From Candidatus Nomurabacteria bacterium (GTDB taxonomy: Bacteria; Patescibacteriota; Minisyncoccia; Phycocordibacterales; UBA918), in contig JACKGI010000001.1 in NCBI GenBank assembly GCA_020632015.1, positions 87,574 through 151,573 on the forward strand: a stretch of 64,000 nucleotides of DNA. Direction: 5' to 3'. Under the pieces are notes generated by a model, which made no database searches, had not been told where the DNA came from, and was given only the letters and a program-made list of their open reading frames with translations. A program made the position numbers and the translations under genes. Positions 52,611 to 59,835 of this stretch are shown piece after piece. Position 1 is the stretch's first letter, and each line of letters opens with the position of its first letter.

Positions 52611-53222
52611 TTAAAGTTCGCAGGTTAGACCACAACTTTCTGGTGGAGCGGTCCCTCGTTCAGGACAAGTGCCACTGTAGTAACAGGAATCATTTGGGAC
52701 ATTGTCTAAATATTCTTGTAGTTTAGGGTTGTCTGGGTTTCCGTAGTATAGAAGTATTCTGTCGTCATCGACTGGAATATATTCAGTCTTTTTATCAACT
52801 GTATTACCATTTACAAATAACCTTAAGACGTTTGATTCATTAGCGCAGTATTCATTACCGTCGGTTGTGGTGAGACAGTCTTCGGATAGGTTTATAGTAA
52901 TTGAATTCAGGAATGATGTAAAAGTAACATCTTCAGCATGGATGTGCTCAACCTCTCCATTGTTGTCGTGGAGGTGCACCTCCTCACTGTGTTTTTTCTG
53001 ACTAGTTGTCATAAATTCATCGCTAGATAAATCAAGTAATTCATCCTGTATATAAATATGAAAATCTGCATGAACGTGATACTCGCTATCAAAAGGGTCG
53101 GCGATTGGATGAGTGGAGTAGTGTTCTGGGGAGGTGGTGGAGATTACAGAAAAGGCCATTGCTCCACCAACAAATGCTCCTACAACACAGGCAAGTAATT
53201 CAGATTTAGAAATATTCGGCAT
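52611..53222 (-). CDS. membrane-anchored His-rich extracytoplasmic protein
   Basis: TM helix LLACVVGAFVGGAMAFSVI. YHVHADFHIYI and HSEEVHLHDNNGEVEHIHAED clusters. C-terminal Cys pairs. Confidence 0.5.
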   Translation of the reverse strand: MPNISKSELLACVVGAFVGGAMAFSVISTTSPEHYSTHPIADPFDSEYHVHADFHIYIQDELLDLSSDEFMTTSQKKHSEEVHLHDNNGEVEHIHAEDVTFTSFLNSITINLSEDCLTTTDGNEYCANESNVLRLFVNGNTVDKKTEYIPVDDDRILLYYGNPDNPKLQEYLDNVPNDSCYYSGTCPERGTAPPESCGLTCEL

Positions 53223-53226
53223 GAAA

Positions 53227-53598
53227 CTAGCTGTAAATAGAAACTCTGATTTTATTAATTATTTCGTCCAAACTACTATGAGCTTTTATTACATAATCAG
53301 TAATAGATCCAGTATGAGCCTCGGCAATATTCTTCACATCATCCATTGAGGTAAGCATTATCACTTTTGCGTTTTGTCCCCAGACATCCTGTCTTAGTTT
53401 TTTTAAAACCTCATGCCCGTCCATAATTGGCATAACAATATCAAGTAATATCAAATCTGGTTTTTCAGCCAGCGCTTTTTTTAACCCCTCTTCGCCATTT
53501 GAGGCAGTTGAAACAATAAAATTCTCTTGAGCAACCGCTTCAGCCATCGCTTCTCTGATATCTGGTTCGTCTTCAACTATTAGTATGCGTTTTTCCAT
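53227..53598 (-). CDS. stand-alone response regulator receiver protein
   Basis: ILIVEDEPDI, DLILLDIVMPIMDG (phospho-acceptor Asp) and VIMLTS. 123 aa with no output domain. Confidence 0.85.
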   Translation of the reverse strand: MEKRILIVEDEPDIREAMAEAVAQENFIVSTASNGEEGLKKALAEKPDLILLDIVMPIMDGHEVLKKLRQDVWGQNAKVIMLTSMDDVKNIAEAHTGSITDYVIKAHSSLDEIINKIRVSIYS

Positions 53599-53678
53599 AG
53601 TAAATATATCTTACACGATATTTTATTATTGGTCTAAATCCTCTATCGCGATAGACCACTACTTGTTACTATACTCAT

Positions 53679-54956
53679 ATGCCTTCGACACGAAAAGTGC
53701 GAGTATATCGGTTCATTGAAAAAACAGCCTTGGCGGTTTTTGTTGTCTGGAGTGGGGGATTGGCCGTACTATTTGCTCTCGACCGAATCGCTGGTCACGA
53801 ACTACTGGCTGGAATTGGTGTAGATATTTTTATCCTCCTTTTAATTCTAGTTATCCAGCAAACGATTGATTCTTGGCTGGTGATGTCTTTTTCACAATCT
53901 GATTTAACCCAGAAAGATGTGTTTGAGTCTCTGTACGAGAGAAGTCCTGTTGGTTATCTGACCTTGGACACCAAAGGAAGGGTGGTTAATGTTAATCCGT
54001 CTGCAGTAAATCTACTACAAGGTAGTATGGATTCTTTCGCTGGAGTGAATTTTTATAATTTTATTAAAGATGAGGGTGAAGTGGATTTGGAAGTCTTGGA
54101 AAGAAAGGTTGAGGCGGGACTTACTGTAAATGATATGGAAGTACCTATGGAAACAATCGCAGGGAACTATATCTGGGTAATGGTGTCGGTGTCACCTTAC
54201 CGTAACTCGGGTGAGCGATTAGTTTCATTGATTGATATAACCGAAAAGAAAAATATTGATACGGCTAAGTCAGAATTTGTTGCTTTGGCTACTCATCAAC
54301 TCCGTACACCTATTGCTGCCATCAGATGGAATGTAGAACTTCTAGAAAGAAGTCTGAAAACAATAAAAACGGAATCACAAACAAGGTACTTGGCCAAGAT
54401 AGAACGAAATGTTTTACGAATGATAAATCTAATCAATGATTTCTTGAGCGTTTCAAAACTAGAGATGGGCACATACGCAGCGGAGGCTGTGAGTCTGGAC
54501 CTGAGTGAATTTTTTGAAAGTGTGGTTGATGAATTCGTGGAAAAAATAAACGAGAAACAGATCGCCTTGGATAGACACGAAGTGCCGGCCCATGCGGTCA
54601 TCAATACTGACAGCAGATTGATACACATTATTGTTAGTAATTTAATGTCTAACGCGGTTAAGTATTCCAAAACAAACGGCCAGCTAACCTTTTCTTATCA
54701 GCTAAGCGGAAGCTCCTTGCAGATAGTCGTGGCCGACGATGGTATCGGTATCCCAGAAGGAGAGTTGGACAAACTGTTCACTAAATTTTATCGAGCTAGC
54801 AATGCCCAGTCTCACCAGACAGAGGGTACAGGTCTAGGTCTGTATATAGTTAAGCAATCTGTAGAACAATTGGGCGGAGGAATTACTGTTCAGTCGGGAG
54901 AAGATAAGGGAGCAAGGTTTGTTGTGACTTTACCGGTTTCGGTGGTATCTGCGTAG
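53679..54956 (+). CDS. sensor histidine kinase (TM - PAS-like - HisKA - HATPase_c)
   Basis: H-box LATHQLRTPIAAI, N-box NLMSNAVKYS, G1 DDGIGI, G2 GTGLGLYIV. Confidence 0.85.
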   Translation: MPSTRKVRVYRFIEKTALAVFVVWSGGLAVLFALDRIAGHELLAGIGVDIFILLLILVIQQTIDSWLVMSFSQSDLTQKDVFESLYERSPVGYLTLDTKGRVVNVNPSAVNLLQGSMDSFAGVNFYNFIKDEGEVDLEVLERKVEAGLTVNDMEVPMETIAGNYIWVMVSVSPYRNSGERLVSLIDITEKKNIDTAKSEFVALATHQLRTPIAAIRWNVELLERSLKTIKTESQTRYLAKIERNVLRMINLINDFLSVSKLEMGTYAAEAVSLDLSEFFESVVDEFVEKINEKQIALDRHEVPAHAVINTDSRLIHIIVSNLMSNAVKYSKTNGQLTFSYQLSGSSLQIVVADDGIGIPEGELDKLFTKFYRASNAQSHQTEGTGLGLYIVKQSVEQLGGGITVQSGEDKGARFVVTLPVSVVSA

Positions 54957-54977
54957 TAAATAATATAAGATGCCAAT

Positions 54978-55874
54978 ATGAAAAAACTCATATTATCACT
55001 GTTTTTCACTGTCGGAATAATACTGCTACCTAGTCCGGCTTTTTCTGCATACACCACTTCAGAAGAGCAATATAGGGAAGTTTTGCTTGAGTTGATAGAA
55101 ACTCTGCAACAACAAATTTTGTATTTGCAGGGCTTAAGTTCAGTCCAAACAAATGTTCAAGAAATTGGCTCAAGCTCATACTTGATTGGGGATTCCGTAG
55201 ATGTCACCAATCTGTATTCTTTAGATAGTCCCTCTGATGTTGGATTAGTCTTAAATTCCACTCATAAGAAATATTTCACAAGAGTATTTGAATTATTTCC
55301 AGAAAAGTATGATGAAAAACTTAGGCAGTTGGCTGTTTTTGCTGATGATGAATATGGATATGACGCATACGTTGAGACAATCCCGCCAAATCATAAATAC
55401 TGGCTTTATGCCGTAAATGAGGATGTGGTTGATGATGTGACTTCAAATTCTAGTACTGAATTAATCGTGCACGAGCTGGCACATCTAGTGGAGTACGAGG
55501 AAATTATTGGCGTACCGAAACCAGCCAACCAAACTTGTAATTCTTATTTTAGGCACAGCGGTTGTCCGGTTGAAAATTCTTACCTGAAACAATTTGTAAA
55601 TAAATTTTGGACAGAGGAAGACTTATCTAGAGCAGGAAGCTTTTTTAATAGTAATGATAGTTACGAATTAGCCTATGACTATTACCAAATAAATCAGGAT
55701 AAATATGTTTCTGGTTATTCGGCGATTAATCCCGAAGAAGATTTTGCGGAAACGTTCATGTTTTATATATTAGACTTTCCAACAAAAAGAGGGGAGGTAA
55801 GGCAAAAAATTGATTTTATGGATTCATACCCTGAACTTCGCTTGCTAAAGGCAGAAATTTTAAAGAATAAATAA
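54978..55874 (+). CDS. secreted protein with HExxH motif (putative metallopeptidase-like)
   Basis: Signal peptide and LIVHELAHLVEY. No further family assignment is possible by eye. Confidence 0.45.
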   Translation: MKKLILSLFFTVGIILLPSPAFSAYTTSEEQYREVLLELIETLQQQILYLQGLSSVQTNVQEIGSSSYLIGDSVDVTNLYSLDSPSDVGLVLNSTHKKYFTRVFELFPEKYDEKLRQLAVFADDEYGYDAYVETIPPNHKYWLYAVNEDVVDDVTSNSSTELIVHELAHLVEYEEIIGVPKPANQTCNSYFRHSGCPVENSYLKQFVNKFWTEEDLSRAGSFFNSNDSYELAYDYYQINQDKYVSGYSAINPEEDFAETFMFYILDFPTKRGEVRQKIDFMDSYPELRLLKAEILKNK

Positions 55875-55905
55875 TCTTTAATATGTGTCTAATCTTGTCT
55901 TCCTA

Positions 55906-56394
55906 TCAACCTAGTAAGCTTTTACGCTCTCGATATATAAGTAAAGCAATAATTGCATCAATCACAATTACACCGAGTAGTACAATTGAATGAGTGTGCG
56001 TAAATCTATATACTTCATATACTACAAACCCACTAATCAAAACTATAGTTAAGGGGAATGCCCACATCTTGTGCTTTAGTAGCAAAATCGAAAGAGTGAT
56101 ATCTAATATCCCCCAGAATAAAAAATAAATAGCCACGAAGTATGTGATGGTTATAGGAAAATTGTTCACTATTGGGGTCAGTGTTTGTATTAGTATGTCA
56201 TTGGGATCTTGTGAAAGTTCGTGACTTGCTATTTTATAAAAAATGTCAGAGATAGGGGTACCAACCACATTAAGGAGAATAAAACCAAATATAAGTCGAA
56301 AGAAGCCATATCCAATCCGCCACCACATAGCGATACGGAATAGAAACGTTTGAGTACCGCTTGATTCTTTATATGAACTTTCGTAGTTAGTCAT
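55906..56394 (-). CDS. four-TM membrane protein (DUF2127-like)
   Basis: 162 aa, four hydrophobic helices. TGGTATACT (-10 at 56402-56407) lies 7 nt before the ATG. Confidence 0.55.
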   Translation of the reverse strand: MTNYESSYKESSGTQTFLFRIAMWWRIGYGFFRLIFGFILLNVVGTPISDIFYKIASHELSQDPNDILIQTLTPIVNNFPITITYFVAIYFLFWGILDITLSILLLKHKMWAFPLTIVLISGFVVYEVYRFTHTHSIVLLGVIVIDAIIALLIYRERKSLLG

Positions 56395-56472
56395 TTCAAT
56401 GAGTATACCAGTTCAAGCCTCTCATTAGGGTATCTAGAAAAGCCTTATAAAACTTACTTAAAAATGCGGGGC

Positions 56473-56676
56473 GGCTACCGGTAATCGTCCTGACGGTCAC
56501 CAAGTTATTTTATTTCGTACCTCATAAAATAACTGGTGCCGCGGGACACGGCTCCTTTGTTTGCAAGCTCACATCAGTCCACCGTTCGATTCCGGACGAA
56601 AGTGACGCAGGTCACTTTCTTAGCACTTTCACCAAAAAGAAACCTCTTCCAAAAGGGAAGAGGTTTCTTTTTGCCG
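56473..56676 (+). ncRNA. ~200-nt structured, partly GC-rich insertion ending in a strong terminator
   Basis: Absent from the paralogous segment at 57283-57384. 15-bp hairpin at 56498-56538. GAAAGTGAC/GTCACTTTC hairpin at 56598-56619. T-loop-like GTTCGATTCC. Terminator aaagaaacctcttccaaaagggaagaggtttcttttt at 56636-56672. Confidence 0.35.
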
Positions 56677-56760
56677 ATGGGCGACGTCGTAGAGGATGTT
56701 CGAACTGTGTTTGAACGATTGCAAGATGAAACGATTTGCATTCCAGTATTCAAGTTCTAG
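56677..56760 (+). CDS. mini-ORF (27 aa), paralog of 57344-57451
   Basis: MGDVVEDVRTVFERLQDETICIPVFKF. The first 36 nt are identical to the paralog, and the remainder is conserved at the protein level (D.T..IP.F). Confidence 0.3.
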   Translation: MGDVVEDVRTVFERLQDETICIPVFKF

Positions 56761-56780
56761 AAAATAAAAAATATTTCAAT

Positions 56781-57272
56781 CTATTCAGGTAAATCTATTA
56801 TGTCAGACAGGTATTGACCAGTTTGTAGAAACACCACATTTGAACCTTCAAATCTATCCGTCTGCTCTTTGTTACTAGCGAAAGAAGCATCAATAAATCT
56901 TTCTACCATCTCTGGTTTATTTCCTCTTGAAATATATCGTTTTCTATATTCATCTTGGAGATTTTCGTCAGCACAAACAACTGTCACTTCGTATCCTCGG
57001 GCAGTTAGTTCTTTTACTATTTCAGGGTATGAGCTTATCAGTAGCAAATTATTTTGCCTCATTTCTTCTTCAATCTTTTTAAGATAATTGTCTGGCCAGG
57101 TTTGGTCTTTACGGTAAGGGCTTGAATCTAAATCAAGCACACTTATGTCGCTAGTCGAAAAATTATCTATCAAAGTAGTTTTTCCGATACCAGGAGTTCC
57201 AGCAATAATTCCTTGTGGTTTTATTTTCTCGATACTCTCGTTCTTCTCAATTCTAAATTTTTCTCCTTCCAT
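56781..57272 (-). CDS. P-loop NTPase/kinase-like protein
   Basis: GIIAGTPGIGKTTL Walker A, ~163 aa from MEGEKF. TGGTATACT (-10 at 57282-57287) lies 9 nt before the ATG. Confidence 0.6.
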   Translation of the reverse strand: MEGEKFRIEKNESIEKIKPQGIIAGTPGIGKTTLIDNFSTSDISVLDLDSSPYRKDQTWPDNYLKKIEEEMRQNNLLLISSYPEIVKELTARGYEVTVVCADENLQDEYRKRYISRGNKPEMVERFIDASFASNKEQTDRFEGSNVVFLQTGQYLSDIIDLPE

Positions 57273-57343
57273 ATTAAAAATAGTATACCAGTTCAGACCT
57301 CCCATTAGGGTGTCTGAAATATCCTTATATTACCTGCTTCAAA

Positions 57344-57451
57344 ATGTTGGGCGACGTCGTAGAGGATGTTCGAACTGTGTTTGAGGATAGGAATGATGTG
57401 ACGTTGTATATTCCTATGTTTAATTGTGTAAGTGTTGCTACAATAAGTTAA
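57344..57451 (+). CDS. mini-ORF (35 aa) translationally coupled to the nuclease gene
   Basis: MLGDVVEDVRTVFEDRNDVTLYIPMFNCVSVATIS. The stop overlaps the next start (TAATG at 57449-57453). Confidence 0.4.
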   Translation: MLGDVVEDVRTVFEDRNDVTLYIPMFNCVSVATIS

Positions 57452-57924
57452 TGAAAACAATGGAAATAACTTTTGCTCGAAACTTAGTAAAAGGAAAAAT
57501 AGCAGAAACAGTCTTTGCACAGATGCTTCGCTCAACTGGGCAATTTACTGTATTAGAGTTTGGTTACGAAAAAATCATTCCAGAGCTAGTAGGAAGAGGG
57601 AAGTCTGAAAATGATGAAATGGTGGAAGCACTTCGTACCGCTCCAGATTTTGCTGTAATCAATAATAAAACCAAAGAAGTACATTTGATTGAGGTAAAGT
57701 ATAGACACAATTTTTCTAATAGTGCGGTACTGAGTATTGCTAAAAGAATGAGTGCAAGTTGGAATCCCTCGTATTTATTTGTTGCAACAGTTGAAGGATT
57801 TTATTTTGGAGAAGTTAGAGACATTATCAAACGGAAAGGAAAAATTGATTTACTTAACCATCCTCAAATCTCTAAAAAGACTCAGGAAAATTTTTTGAAG
57901 ATATTAAATGACTTTGAGTCTTAG
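57451..57924 (+). CDS. PD-(D/E)xK nuclease-fold protein (Hjc/YraN-like pattern)
   Basis: GKIAETVFAQML...APDFAVINNKTKEVHLIEVKYR gives a D...ExK arrangement. Start at MKTMEITF is preferred over the upstream non-ATG start in the track. Confidence 0.5.
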   Translation: MKTMEITFARNLVKGKIAETVFAQMLRSTGQFTVLEFGYEKIIPELVGRGKSENDEMVEALRTAPDFAVINNKTKEVHLIEVKYRHNFSNSAVLSIAKRMSASWNPSYLFVATVEGFYFGEVRDIIKRKGKIDLLNHPQISKKTQENFLKILNDFES

Positions 57925-57965
57925 AACACTTCATTGTACTAATAACCCACCCCGAATACACTACT

Positions 57966-58601
57966 TTACTGATACTCATCAGTGTATGACATCTCTGTGG
58001 TCGTAACACACACTAATCTTGCGTCACCTTGTTCTATTTCAAAAGTAACATTGTACTTTGCATATGATATGAACTTACGCGTACCTTCAGCATTTACACT
58101 GGTGTTACTTGGTTTCCCAAGCTTATTAACAATTCTCTCTTCGCTATCATATTTACCTAACCCCATCACTTCTCTATAGCTATTTTCAGAGCAAATTCGA
58201 CGAACCTTATCATTCTCATCGAATACTATAATGTAGTCTATACCACTGTATCCATTGTAAATATAGCCTTTTTCTCCCTCGTCATTAATCCTTTCATCGT
58301 TAGGTTTTCCTAACTCGAGAGTAACGTCAACTGGCTTCATACCAAGAGATATTGAACCAAGAGTATCCATCTCTCTAGGTAAATCTTTGTACCACTGATA
58401 AGCAAAACCAATGATACTAATACCAACAATGAGCAAGATAAAACCAAGGACTACCTTCAATAGTCTACGCCAAATACTAGACTTCTTTTTTGTTGCTGGG
58501 GCTGTCTCTGATTTTGTTGGAGTAGAACCAACTTTGTGGCCACATTCTATGCAAAAAACTGCATCTTCTTTATTTTTGGCACCACAGTTCGAACAAAACA
58601 T
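57966..58601 (-). CDS. zinc-ribbon / single-TM / extracytoplasmic-domain protein (operon gene 7)
   Basis: MFCSNCGAKNKEDAVFCIECGHK. TM helix LLKVVLGFILLIVGISIIGFAY. Confidence 0.6.
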   Translation of the reverse strand: MFCSNCGAKNKEDAVFCIECGHKVGSTPTKSETAPATKKKSSIWRRLLKVVLGFILLIVGISIIGFAYQWYKDLPREMDTLGSISLGMKPVDVTLELGKPNDERINDEGEKGYIYNGYSGIDYIIVFDENDKVRRICSENSYREVMGLGKYDSEERIVNKLGKPSNTSVNAEGTRKFISYAKYNVTFEIEQGDARLVCVTTTEMSYTDEYQ

Positions 58602-58618
58602 ACATTCAATTTCTTACA

Positions 58619-59833
58619 TTAAAACAAGCTTTTAATAAAACTAAAGAACTTACTAATCAGACCTTCCTTGAAGCGAGGGACTTCTGCTGGCTCGTTATCT
58701 TCTTGGGGTGAGGTTAATTCCTCTGAAGGTTGTTGCTCAATAGTCTCTTCTTCCTCTGTATTGTTCACGTCATTCACAATATCCTCACTTATTGTTTCTG
58801 GTTCACTGTAAGTTTTAGTAACAGAGGTCGGTTCAGGAGTGTAGGTTGGGGTTGGTGTAGGCACATATTCCTGAACAGGTGGCGTATAGGTGTATGCTTC
58901 TAACTCTTCAGGAAAACTATCGTCAGAGGTCCATTCTACGCTCATTATGGAGCAATTTTGGTCGTGGTTAGGTAAAACCAAAGTATCAAACATATCAACT
59001 GAAAAATCAGTTCCCATATTGATTACCAAACTCAACCCCTCATATGTCTCAATGGCATAATCCCAACAACCGATACCATACTCAATGATGTAATTCTGGT
59101 AGTCGTGCTGGCTTTGGACCAGTAATTCGTCGCCATCATCACTTATGTCGAGGAGTGTGAAATAGGCACTATTATGCTTCTTGACGCAGTGTAAATCGTC
59201 ATCAAAAGTATATCCATCGTCACACTCGCATTTGTTCGACAAGCTATTGTATGAAGCATAGATACCGTGGTCATTGCTACATACCGTATCTCCGTACGTA
59301 CATTTGCCATTATCTATAATGTATCCAGCCGAACATTGGCACTGGTCACCATATGTTGCTCTTGAATGAATACCTAATTGGTCCTTACACGCTTGGTCGT
59401 CTGTTATACATTGACCATTGTCACCCCAGACATATCCATAGCTACATTCACAGGAACCTGACAAATTGTCGTATTCCGAACCGTAACCATATTTATCGTG
59501 ACAAACTGTGTCTCCGTCTACACACTGCTTATCTCCAAAGATACTTGTGCCGAATACATATCCATAGCGACATTCACATCCTCCTGAATAATTTGATTTT
59601 GCATTGTATCCATAATCATCTTTACAAGCTTGGTCCTCAGTAATGCAATATGCGTCACCCATGAAATTTGTACCCATTACGTAACCAGCCATACATTTAC
59701 AGTAGCTCCCACTTTCATACGCCATTCCATACTCACTGCATGAACCATACTGAGCACTCACTGTGCCAGTTGTTGTATATAGACCTCCCGCAAAAGAGAT
59801 TAGTGCTATTAAGATGATGAGTATATTTTTCAT
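58619..59833 (-). CDS. secreted protein with ~6 EGF-like Cys-rich repeats (operon gene 6)
   Basis: Signal peptide. Repeating C.C..GY......C......C....G units. P/T/E-rich linker and amphipathic C-terminus KFFSFIKSLF. Confidence 0.6.
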   Translation of the reverse strand: MKNILIILIALISFAGGLYTTTGTVSAQYGSCSEYGMAYESGSYCKCMAGYVMGTNFMGDAYCITEDQACKDDYGYNAKSNYSGGCECRYGYVFGTSIFGDKQCVDGDTVCHDKYGYGSEYDNLSGSCECSYGYVWGDNGQCITDDQACKDQLGIHSRATYGDQCQCSAGYIIDNGKCTYGDTVCSNDHGIYASYNSLSNKCECDDGYTFDDDLHCVKKHNSAYFTLLDISDDGDELLVQSQHDYQNYIIEYGIGCWDYAIETYEGLSLVINMGTDFSVDMFDTLVLPNHDQNCSIMSVEWTSDDSFPEELEAYTYTPPVQEYVPTPTPTYTPEPTSVTKTYSEPETISEDIVNDVNNTEEEETIEQQPSEELTSPQEDNEPAEVPRFKEGLISKFFSFIKSLF

Positions 59834-59835
59834 AA

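Noticed and set aside
56465-56676. tmRNA, SRP RNA, RNase P RNA or an intron-containing/permuted tRNA, prompted by the GGGGCGG 5' end and GTTCGATTCC.
   Set aside because: No 3' strand complementary to GGGGCGG followed by CCA was found. The T-loop-like motif lacks a pairing 5-bp stem. There is no GNRA/AGCA helix-8 motif and no GAGGAAAGUCC-type P4 sequence. The same negative result applies to 20590-20800.
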